The position numbers and the translations under genes are program-made. Positions 8,837 through 20,300 of a stretch of 64,000 nt of DNA are shown one piece after another. Source of the DNA: a virus; the IMG/VR virus record IMGVR_UViG_3300017917_001839, positions 58,295 to 122,294 of that record. One strand, written 5' to 3'. Numbering within the stretch: the stretch's first letter is position 1; each line of letters starts with the position of its first letter. The notes beneath the pieces were generated by a model that saw only the letters and a program-made list of their open reading frames with translations, had not been told where the DNA came from and did no database searches.

Positions 8837-10672
8837 TTAAAGAATAACAGCTTCGACTACGCCATCGCCAGCATCTGCCTTTGATTCTAGTGCTATTGCA
8901 AATACATCATTGGAATGTGGTACACCTGCTGTAGCGCGGCCATTTGTTGAAGCAATTAATCTATCACCTTTGTTGACTACACCAGAAACTTTAACTGGCA
9001 CTCGTCCTTTTAGCGCAACATAAGTTCCGCCTTCTAATTCACTATTCATCATGTAAGCTGGTGCACCTGATACAACACCAATGGCACGTTGACCAAAAGC
9101 TGTTGAAGCTGTTACTTCTTTCTCGCCACCAACAATCATAACAGTGCCGACTTCATATTCTGCATCTGCTAGATACTTTTCTGCCAAGTCAGCATAACGT
9201 GCTGTTGTAGCTGTAGCTGTAACAACACCGGCAGCAAAGTTACCACTGCCATCACGTGCTACAACTTTACCTGCTGTGTTAGCTGATGTTGCATCTACTG
9301 CAATATCGTCAGCATTTACAATCATGTAGCTACCTGCACCTACTGCTAGTGTTACTGCACCACTTGTGCCGCCGCCGGTTAGACCTGCGCCTGCGGTAAC
9401 ACTTTCAATGTCACCTGCTAGTGTTTGCCACGATACAACACCAGAACCGTTGGTTACAAGTGCTTGTCCATTTGTACCTCTGCTGGTTGGTAGTGAGAAC
9501 GAAGTGCCGCCGCTACCAATTGTTACGTTGCTGGTTACACTAATGTTAGCAAAGTAACCATTTAGAATTACGTTGCTCGATGTTCCTAAGTCTGCTGTAG
9601 TAAAGTTAATTACATCAGCTACTGTGATGTTGTTTGCATAAACGTGATCAACATATGATGATGTATTACCTAGTGTTACTGTGCCAGCTGGTAGCAAGCT
9701 ACCTGATGTACCATTACCTAGATATACTGTACCTGTATGTAGGTCAGCAAATCTAAATGACGAGCTACCTAAGTTGAATGCATTGTTTGAAGTTGGTACA
9801 TATCCGCGGCCAGTGTGGATAACATTGTTTGCAGATACGTTAGAACCATCGCTGCCAACGCTACCAGTATTAATAATGTAAGCAGCATCAGCACGATATG
9901 CGCGATCTGTTAGTGCAAGTGATGTTGTGTCATATTCAGATCTTAGGTTGAGACCTGGATTAATAGTAGTGCCAATACCACCCGATGCTACTAGTTCAGC
10001 ATAGTAATTGATGCTTTCGCCTTCACTGGGACTTGATGTATTTTGCACATTAAACGAACCATGGTCACTAAAGATAGCCATGATTGTTTCTTTACCGTTG
10101 TTTGTAGTAGTTGTACCCTGGTTAATAGAACCGTTAGCAGAATCGTTAACATATGTTAGGGCTAAAACTGCGCGATCAACACCGCTACTGTCTTTGAGGA
10201 AGATGTTGCGAATTTTTGTACCATAATTGTTTGGGGAACCAATATTGGTAGTTGCGCTATATGAGTTAGTAACTTCGCCAGCATATCCTGCAACTTTGAA
10301 ACTTGAGCCATCGTGTACGTACAACTTATCATTCTTTGTATCAAAGAAAGATGTACCGGCGGTTAAACTAGTTGACGGTTCTGTTGAACCAACTACAATG
10401 TTAGTAGCACGCTTCCAGCGACTTCCGTCCCAGACCTTTAAAAGGTTTTCACCTTTGTCATACCAAAGCTGACCTTCGAGTACTGTGCTAGTTGATGGCG
10501 CTGTTGTGCTAGCAAAATTTTCTAAGTGACGAATACTATTTCTTACAAAGTATTCACCGTAGTTAGAAACGTTGCGCCCAACTAGTGCTAAGGCGTATGT
10601 GGTTTGATCAACGGTACCGTCTGCTACGGATACCGTTAAACTACCATCTGAATTTGTTACTGTATATGGCAT
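8837..10672 (-). CDS. Tail fibre-like structural protein
   Basis: N-terminal LVGRNVSNYGE...LENFA...GQLWYD; C-terminal YADLAEKYLADAEYEVGTV...VALKGRVPVKV typical of phage fibre C-termini. Confidence 0.7.
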   Translation of the reverse strand: MPYTVTNSDGSLTVSVADGTVDQTTYALALVGRNVSNYGEYFVRNSIRHLENFASTTAPSTSTVLEGQLWYDKGENLLKVWDGSRWKRATNIVVGSTEPSTSLTAGTSFFDTKNDKLYVHDGSSFKVAGYAGEVTNSYSATTNIGSPNNYGTKIRNIFLKDSSGVDRAVLALTYVNDSANGSINQGTTTTNNGKETIMAIFSDHGSFNVQNTSSPSEGESINYYAELVASGGIGTTINPGLNLRSEYDTTSLALTDRAYRADAAYIINTGSVGSDGSNVSANNVIHTGRGYVPTSNNAFNLGSSSFRFADLHTGTVYLGNGTSGSLLPAGTVTLGNTSSYVDHVYANNITVADVINFTTADLGTSSNVILNGYFANISVTSNVTIGSGGTSFSLPTSRGTNGQALVTNGSGVVSWQTLAGDIESVTAGAGLTGGGTSGAVTLAVGAGSYMIVNADDIAVDATSANTAGKVVARDGSGNFAAGVVTATATTARYADLAEKYLADAEYEVGTVMIVGGEKEVTASTAFGQRAIGVVSGAPAYMMNSELEGGTYVALKGRVPVKVSGVVNKGDRLIASTNGRATAGVPHSNDVFAIALESKADAGDGVVEAVIL

Positions 10673-10688
10673 ATTTTATTTCCCCAAA

Positions 10689-11342
10689 TTAACTTAACTG
10701 TACCCTAACAGTGTAAATTATTTCAATTATTCTGTTTTGTGATTTTTGTACAGGGTGAAAAATCACGTGAGTCAACATTGTGCTTGTATTGATTGGTTCT
10801 TCTGCTGCTGTATCTCTAGGATAGCTAAACAATGCTAATTCGTCAAAAATATAGTCGCCTTCGTTAGTAGTACTACTATCAAACAAATCTTGATCGCCGG
10901 GCTCGTCGTAACCTAAGGTACATGTTATTTTAATATCAGTATAACTTGGGCCGGGAATGACTTCAATTTTATCTGTTAATGAATTAGCTGAAACAATTTT
11001 ATAATAAGTTCTGCTGTATAGATTAGCACCACTTTCGTAAGCTTCACTTACACGTGGTGTCTTGTATACTACACGGCCACTGGTATCAACACTGGTTGCA
11101 CCATTACCAAATGCCATATAATGAATATATGCACCTGCGGCATTATTCAAAGCATTAGCAACAATGTTAGCCATGTTACCGTAGTGAATAGCGTTACGCT
11201 TATTAATAAGCTCTTCACCGGTTTCTTTGTCGCGGATAAGGATATGCCCGCTCATGCTTAGACCAGCATAATCATTGGGCTGCTCATCTATCTCGCGATT
11301 AGATTCCATACTATTCTCACTTTTTTGGTCTTCTGTTGACAT
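10689..11342 (-). CDS. Putative baseplate/structural protein
   Basis: GHILIRD...NAIH...FGNG...FDELAL...HVIFHPVQKS; start placed at ATG 11342 because the longer ORF start (11375) lies upstream of the GATAAATA box. Confidence 0.6.
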   Translation of the reverse strand: MSTEDQKSENSMESNREIDEQPNDYAGLSMSGHILIRDKETGEELINKRNAIHYGNMANIVANALNNAAGAYIHYMAFGNGATSVDTSGRVVYKTPRVSEAYESGANLYSRTYYKIVSANSLTDKIEVIPGPSYTDIKITCTLGYDEPGDQDLFDSSTTNEGDYIFDELALFSYPRDTAAEEPINTSTMLTHVIFHPVQKSQNRIIEIIYTVRVQLS

Positions 11343-11350
11343 AATACGTT

Positions 11351-11381
11351 TATTTATCACTTTTTTAAAACTCATTTTAAT
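11351..11381 (-). promoter_or_regulatory. Putative late promoter ATTAAAA-N3-GTTTT-N8-GATAAATA
   Basis: The motif recurs at 36291, 44102 and 50642 in intergenic positions. Confidence 0.65.
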
Positions 11382-11383
11382 TA

Positions 11384-14300
11384 TTAGATATTATGTACGA
11401 ATTTCATCAAGCTAGTTACGTTTGCAAAGTCAGCGTTGGCTCTATCAGTTAAACTGATAGCTGTTTGTCCGCTAATTGTTGCTTCGTCAAAGCCTGCTGA
11501 GTCCCATCCAATAGTATCGTAAGGTGTTGGATCGTTGTAACGAACACCAATTTCTAGCCAGATATTAGCAGCTGGATTTAGATTATTAAATGTCTCTGTT
11601 TCAGCACCGTTCCATACTTCTACGTCAACGCTATTACCTAGTAAATCAGTAATAATCCAATCCTGTGCAGTTGTTCCTGCGCTACCACGTGTGAGTAGGC
11701 TTAGTGTATTACCAACTTTTCTTTCGTAGAGAACACGCTCTGTTCCAACCCAAACAATGCCTGGTAAGCCTGGTTTTGGTTCTGGTAGTATGCTTGCATC
11801 TACTACTGTAATTTCAGTTGAATAACTATAAACATTAGCTGCTAGTTTTGTTTGAGTGTTATCTAGTACACGCAAATATTCGGTTTCACCAAATAGATTT
11901 TGGTGCACCTGATATGTTACATTACTTGCAGTGCTGTTAATTGGTGTTGATGCAATTACAGTATTGCTATTACCAATTGGATAGATGCTTGTGGTTACAC
12001 GCATAATCAAGCTCTCTAGCGGATCAAGCAATGCTAGTTCTTCTGGACGTTCTTCACCGTATAGGATCTTCTTAAATGTTGCACCGTCAAAGCCTTCATA
12101 GGTAGTATCATTTCTACGTAGTGTAATGTTACCCTGTGTTGCTTCGCTGAAGATACCTTCATAGTTAACAACTTCAATATTTTGATCCCAACCAACTGTA
12201 TCCCATGGATCAGTGTCGTAACCAAAGTTAGTTAATAGATCTGTAGTTGAATCAAATCCTTCAACAAACTTAGTAAAGACATTTGCATCTAGTGTGTCGC
12301 CGCGGAAACCGCCGCCTACTTTTTCTTTAACCAGTGCAAGTGTAATATCTAAGTTACCACTGTTGATGATATCGTACATCAGTGTAGCATTTGTTGTAAT
12401 TGAAGTATTTGAACCAGCAAATGTTACACCAGTGTATGTCTGGCTCACGTGGTTATTAACTTCTGCTTCAAACGCTGCACGTACTACAGGATCAAACTTG
12501 AAGATACGATCTGCTGCTCTTAGATAGCTGTTAGCGCCTACATCTGCATTGCTCATGCTGTTGATGTTAGCCATGTTCCATGCAATACTTTGATTGTAGG
12601 TAGTTGTATCAGCATTGAATCCAAACTGTGTCAATTGCCAGTTAGTTCTATCAAACACAAGTTTAGTATTATTGTGTCTAAATGGCAACTGAGCTTTGTT
12701 TGTTATGCTATAGTAATTTGCATAACGTGGATCGTTTGCCATAATAGTTGCATCGTCGGCATCAAAGTCATCAAGTACTCTGATGGTATTTGTACTTCTG
12801 TCTGCATATGCTGGCTTGTCAAAGTCGCTGATGCTGTTCTGACCAATGTATTCGATTGGCGCACGCTTACCATCTTTGTACTCACGAATCTTAGCAGTAT
12901 ATGGCTTAACTTCATTCATATACTCGATAACTTTACTAAAGTTATCTGGCTTGAAGCCAACAGTTGGAATCAAGTCTTCTTCTTCTTTTTCGATATAGAT
13001 GTATGAAGTTTTGAACGCCCAGCTTAGTTGTCTTTGTTCAGCATATGCATACTTGAGCATTTCAAAGAATACTACGTTCCAGTACTCGTTGTTAGCAAAT
13101 ACTGTATCAACTAGTGCTTGCAAGAACTTGCGCAATTCATCTGACATTTCTGCTGTCGTATCATCGCTGTACAATCTGTCAGATAGTCTTACTGTTTCGT
13201 TCTTGATAGCAATTAGCTTGTATTCGTCGTTGGCTGCAACATACATCCAGAGTTGATGGCGTGAACCAGTAGGATCATTAACCTGTACCACTGTGCCGTC
13301 ATTTACGTTCTTGTAGATTTCAAGCTCGCTTACACTCGAAACATTAAACACTGGCTTGTAACTGCTATTGTATCTAATCTTAGTATTTGTTGATAGATCA
13401 ATTCTTTCAACAGCATACCATGTTACACGCTCAACATAATTTAACGTTTCTGGAAGATCTGCATCCCAACCGCTATAATTTGATTCTAGCTGTATATCAG
13501 CTAAAATTTCGTTGATAGCAGAGCGCAATACACGTCTTGCCTCCTTGATGTCTTTGAACATTGTCTGGCGTGGTCTAAACGCAATACCGTAACGTTCTAC
13601 TTCGCTGAGTAGAGGATCTGGTACAACTTGACCAATTGCGTTTTCAGCACACAAGCTGTCAATTAGCTTGTCTGTTAAGTGTTCTGGAACAGTACTGTTG
13701 TTATCACCTTCGCGCATCAACTTCCATGCAGTATGCTTCATACCTTCTGGGTTTAAGTTTCTGCTTAAGTTGATTTGAATAATATTTTCATCTTCGCGTA
13801 GATTTGTTGCAACGTTGCTTAGAACAAATGCGTTGCTGCTAACAAAGTTTATTAAGTTAATACCGTAACCCACAGGGTTAGCAATATAACGTGCAACTGT
13901 TAAAACATCTAGTTTTCTTCCAATATTTGTTAGACGATCGTCTAGCTTGCTGCGGTTTTGTACCCAATAGTAGAAATACTGTTCGTACTTCTGCTCAGCA
14001 TCGTTCCAATGTCTTTCTGTAACGTATCTATCTACCCAACGTGGTGTACCGTCACCAGTCCAGTTTTGTGGTAGGACTTTACTTTCTACCCATTCGCAGA
14101 CTGTGACTGTACTACCTGGGAATGTACGACCCCAATTTAACCAACGCTCGCGATTTGAGCCTTGCTCATACCACATATAACGTAGTGTGCTGGTATCCCA
14201 CCAAACTTTACCAATGTTGTTACGGCCAAAGTTTGTGCGAGCATTGTTGTAACTTACAGGATCTTGCTCAGTAATGAAATGGATTTCATTGCGCATAAAT

Positions 14301-17300
14301 CCTGGTAGTACACCCTTAAATGGGTCCCAGAAATGTAAGTCAAATTCCTTATCGCCGTTTTCACGATCGTATACAAGAGAATTCTTAACGTATTCAACAT
14401 CTACCATTGGCTCTTGTACACGTACCGGTGTTACATTAGCATTATCAAAGAATGCCCAACCATTACCACCGTAATTGTCTACCCATGCCTTAGGGAAATC
14501 AGTTAAGTCAAGTGCGCCTGTAACAGGATTTAACAACTGTGTTTCGTTAGCAAAACGTTGACTTTGGAATACATATGTGTTATTGTACTGCTTAGATCCG
14601 TTTAGAGTTACTCGTCCTCCAAATATTGTTTGTAGGTCGTATCTATAAACTTCTCCAGTAAACAACAGGTTACCAATGTCGCCTGTGCCTGATTCGCTAA
14701 AGCGACCATCGTTTGGAATTAAATCTGCTGTATTATTTTCTAATGCACCAGTTAGATCCACAAACTTGTTATTAGCTGAAGTATCTTCAGTTACATCGCC
14801 AGGGATACCATTTTCTGGATCAGCTAAATCATCGGTAATATAAGTTTTGATATCTTCTGATGGTGGTTTTCCGCCATTAACATTTGTACCAGGTACAACT
14901 TTATCGGGTGTACCTGGCCAGCCCCATTCTTCGATGGTGTTAACGCAAAGTAGACTTAGAACCTGTGGTGCTTCAATTGCACCTTGGCTTCCTACTAGTT
15001 CTGCCTGTTGTTCAAGTGTTAGAGCACCAAATGCACCTGTGTTATATAGATTATTAATAGTAGAATCTATTTCAGCTTCAGTTGGGTTTGGTGTGCTTAT
15101 TGTTGCTTGAATACATAACATACCAGTGTTATAGTCACCAACAGGAATACCTAGCTTGTCTAGGAAGCCTGGGTTATTGGTATCAATGTTAACACCTGGG
15201 TATTTTGGAGATACTAAGTTTAGACGTCCAACGCCTGGCCCAATTGGGTCTACTTCAAATCTAATATCGTCAGGGCTGTAACCTGCACCTGTTAGCGCAT
15301 TGTTCAACATTGTTGCTAGCGCATCAGGTACGTTAACATCAGATACTAGTTCTGGCAGACCTAGGTCTTCACGTGCAGAGCTCTTTTCTGAGCAGTCTGG
15401 AACATCTTGTGATGTAATGAATACCCTTGCACCTGTACCACCACCAAGCTCTAATGGGTTAACATAGTTGCCGTAGTCAGGGCTTAATGGGTTAAGGTCA
15501 ATAGCATATTGCTTGCTTAACTTCTGTCCGCCAATTTCTACATATGTTAGAGGATCATACCCGCCGGGTGTGCCTTGATATTCCACAAATGTTCTTGTCT
15601 TGGAATCAAAACGTACTTCGCGGAATCCTACCCAGTCAGGGTGTTTTGTACCGCCAAATGGTGCACCAGCATATACAGGATGCCCTGGACCATATTGTGC
15701 ATTGTCGCGTATTGGGTCAGCATAACCTAGAATGTTATCTGGTAGAGGACTGTTACCCAAGTACTCAAAGTCGTACTCTAGTGGTATACCCATTGTTAAG
15801 TCTGCTGGGAAGATCTTGTATAGACCGCGGTCAATAATCTTCAGGCTTGTAATAGCACCTTCGCCATCAACACCTGTAACAACAAACTTAGCTACACGTA
15901 CTGGTCCTGCTGCACTAGTAAATCCTTCAACGAATGCATTAGCAACCGCTGTGCTAGGATCGCCAGTTTTAACAAAGTCAGGTGATAGTGCTACCTTAGC
16001 AGATAGTACTGCATCTACCTTACCAATACGTGGATCAATAACTTCTGTCATACCGCGCGAGCTAAATGGCTCCACAACAGATACTTCAACGTTGGTCAGT
16101 GCTGCGATATTTGCTGAGAACGAAGCATTTGCATTACCAAAGAACGCATCTTTAATCTTTATTTGATTAGTTGATGTATTAATTGAAGTAATTAAGAATA
16201 CTTTGTCGTTTAACAAGTTAGCTGTAGCATTTGTTTCATCGCAAAGTATAGTTACATAACCTGGTTGCTGTGCTAGTGCAATAATGCTTGGGTCAGTTGT
16301 AATGGTAACTTCGTCATTGCGTGCTGATACATTACCTGTAGTAATTACAGGGCTTAGTGTTAAGCTCGCGCTGTCAGTGTAAACATTACCAAATGTTACG
16401 CTATTAGCTGTAACTCTAAAGAACTTCTCATCAAGTTCAATTCTACCACCCGGTAGTTCGCGAGAAATCTGTGCTAGAACTACAGTATTTCTGCTGTATG
16501 TGCCAGATGGATTAGCTGCATCAAGTGTAATGTATGACTGACTGGATTGACCGCCAACATCAACTACACTAATTGGTGGCGGCTCAGCGATGTCATAACC
16601 AATACCATAGTTGAGCATTTGAATTTCAGCAATGCCACCATTTGCATTTAGCTGTGTTACGATAGCACTAGCACCAATACCCGGGCTGTTACCGTCACCA
16701 ATAATAATCTTTAAGTTAGCTGCATTTGTATAACCAACACCTGGCTCGTCAATACAAATTGTTGTTAACGGACCAATAGTACTGTTAACAGGAGTACCGC
16801 CAACTAGTCTTAGACGATCGCCAATTCTATAACCTTTACCACCAGTTGCATAAACTGATGTTGTGGTGTTGCTGATGTTCTGCGATGGAATAAATGCACC
16901 ATCTGTTGATGATGTACCAACTGTAACATCATTGTTTAAGTTAATCAATTCACCATCATCATTCTTGTAATAACGAGAATATGTTTTAGGTTGATAAACT
17001 TGATCTTCTGAATTGTATGAGCTTGTAGAAATTAGAGAAACGTCAGTATTGCTGATAGTTTGCGATGTATTTCTCTGTTGCTCAAAACCTCTAACAATAT
17101 GGAAGTCAGCAACTTGCTTGTAGCGGCCTCCGGCACAACCGTTCTTGACAGCAAAGCCTGCATCAGTACATGAGTTAATCTTTAACTGATTTGTTGAAGT
17201 ATCAATTAATGCTTTAACGCCCATATTAGCACAGTTAATCTGTGCAGCAATATCTTTGATTGACTTACCAGGTCTAAAGATAATCTTTCTGTCGTTAATG

Positions 17301-20300
17301 TACATTTCTGAATTATCTTGAACGCCTAGCAAATCTTCGTCGCTGATTGTTGCGCTTGGTGTAGGTCTTGCAATTGGTGCAACCGCAGGTTGACCTGCTC
17401 TTACGTAAGCACCAGTATCATCTAATCCAAGTGGTGTAATATTGATTGTTGGTACTACAGAGAATTCAATCTCGTCAGTGTCAACTGGTAGATACTCCCA
17501 TGGAACAGGAACGCTTGGACCTAAGTTGTCATAATTGACTGGCGGATTTCCGCCGCCGCCACCTCCGGTGCCGCCACCGGAACCTGGTGGTACACCAACG
17601 CCAGGAACAAAGTCAACACCGTCACCTAAATCAGGTGTTAGTGTAACTGTGTCCATACCGCGCTGGCCCGGGATAACTCCACCAATTTGTTCATTGCTGT
17701 ATGAGTTGCCGCCAATACGATCAATTACGCTTCTTGTACCTGTTACGTCAAAACCTGTTCGTCCTGCAATTGGTCCAGTTTGTACTACGTTACGAATTGC
17801 AGTTGAACCATCTGGCAAGTAATAAGTTGACGAAATCTTAGTTGGCTGATACACCACACCGCGCATAGTCTTGTCGAGGCTTGCTGCAACACTACGGAAC
17901 CATGGCTCGTTTTGAATATTAACACTGTTTAATGGGCGCGGTGCTCTAGAAACTACTTCTAGTTTCTTAGCTAATGGGATCACAAATCCGCCTGTTACAC
18001 GCTGGCTTGTTGCATTAACATATCTATCTTTGCGTAAAGGAATTTCAAAACCATAACGCTGTGGACCAACAACCTTGGCATTTGAATTAATTGCCTTGAA
18101 TGTCGTTGGCATAAAGTTATAGCCAGTTAGTGATGGGCTTGAATATCCGCTGAAGTTTTTCTTTGTACCAAAAATGGCTTCCCAAATATTCTTAAGGCCG
18201 CCGCCAATTGCACTAGCTACATCGCCAACAAGATCAAATGCATCACCCGCAAGGCCGCCAACAAAGTCAGCCGCACCACCAATTGTTCTACCAACGTCAC
18301 TAATGAACCCGCCGCCGGTACCGCCTGTTAGTAGGCCTTGTGTTTCAGCTGACAATCTTGTAATTAATGCACCTTCACCTGTGCCAGTAAAGCCGGAAGT
18401 TTGTACTCCTGCTAATGTAGCTGATGAGTCTAGCATAGATGGTGTTACCAGAGACGATCTATCTGTTAAAATACTTGTACCTGTAACGCCAGATAAAGTA
18501 TCGCCGGTAATACCAAAGCTGGTTGTATAACCACCAGTTGAAATTGGGTTATAAATTGGACTGTCAAATGTTAGAGGAACAGTAACTTGTCTGTCACCTC
18601 CGCCACCACCACCGCCTGGTGTAGTTACTGGAGTAGTGCCAGTATCTGTACCACCTGTAGTACCACCTGTTGTAGTTCCTGTGGTTGTAGTTCCTGTGCT
18701 ACCAGTTGAGGTAGAAGGATCTTGATAACCTGGATCCCCTGGGCACAGTCTACCGGTAAATTCAACTGGCGCAAATGTACTTGTACCTGGTGGCTGTACT
18801 TCTAGAGTAAACGAACCGCCCTTCTTGTTATTACCAAAGACACCACGTAAGAAGTAGTACTTACCGGCTTCCAGTGACACTGTGCCTGTTGAGGATGCAG
18901 GTGGATGTAAACCACCGTTTGCTACAGTAGCATTGGTCCAGTTATAATTTCTTTTATCATCTGGTCTATGACCATCTTGCTTGTACTTCTCTTCAAGTGG
19001 CTTTGTATCGTCAATGTCTGATACCCAAATCCAAGACGCATCGTCTGATGTAGTCTTGAATGTATGTGTACCAGTTGCAGATGCTTTGTAGTAGCCCTTA
19101 ATTTCGTAAGTGCAATACTCTTCCATTGAAGCAATTGCAACAGTAGTAGCCTGTGTTGATTCTTGTAAACCGCCGTTGGCATTAGCACTGTTTGGGTCAG
19201 CAGTTTTAGCACTGTAGCCTGACTGATTCTTATATGTTGGGTGAGCCTGATATGGATAGTAAATGTTGTCGCCTTGGTTACGTAGTGGGCCTTTTGCACC
19301 ATTACCAAAATAACCATCATCTTTACCGGGCGATTTCTTACCAAACAATCCACCAAAGCTCAATCCCAAGAACTTGTTATTCTTAGTCTTAGCATCACTG
19401 AATACATACTTGTCAATGATTGCGCCATCTTTAAATCTACGTGAACCTCTAGTTGCGTTTTCGCAACCAGGTGGTGGAGGTGGCTCAACCACACGCTCAT
19501 AGCGTTTTGTAAAGTACATAGCAAGTCTATAAGTACCAACAGTGTTACCTACACCTTTGTGTACAGTTACTCTTACAAATTCGCCCTTGCGGCAATCAAT
19601 TCTACGAGAGATAAAGCCATAACCCTTTACACCAACTGGGTTGCCAGCTGGGCCAACTGCTAATGCTGCTATTTCTGCATTATATGTTACAGGATTTGCG
19701 TATACTTGTTCAGTGTCGACAAACCATGCTTCGTTGACCATAGGAACAAACGAACGACCAAAACCAGGTACAATGTCAATGCCATATACACCAATTTGTT
19801 CGCCGTCGTCTACGTTTTTATTAGTACCAGTTGAGCTGGTATCAATTACAACTTGTACACCTTTAGTAAATGCCTCATCTTCGGCTTGCTCAATAGTAAT
19901 ACCGTTTGCAAGTGTACCAGCAGAGCTAAAGTCAAAGAATACCATAAACGGATTGTTACCAACAATCTTATACACAAATGTTTCGTTTACTTGTGCGCCT
20001 TGTGTTGAACGGGCATCTTTATTTTTTTCCGTTTCTAAGCCTAGTACTTCTTCAGAGTCGCGCAAGAAGCAAGGTATGTTTGATGTATCAACATTCACTT
20101 CGGGAATTGGAATATTTGATTGATCAATGTCACACTGGGTTGGTAGACCAGCAAGTGCGCCGCCATGAATAATTGGAGCAGGAGGTGTATTGTCTGCGCC
20201 TCCCACTGCTGGGACATCTTCTACAGAAGGAATGCTTTGTGGATCAAACCCTCTGCCAAATCCGGTACCTAGACCAGGAGGTGTTCCTGCACCGGCAGGT

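Noticed and set aside
11343-11375. Longer N-terminus (MSFKKVINKRI) given by the ORF track
   Set aside because: Overlaps the late-promoter motif; the downstream ATG is more plausible
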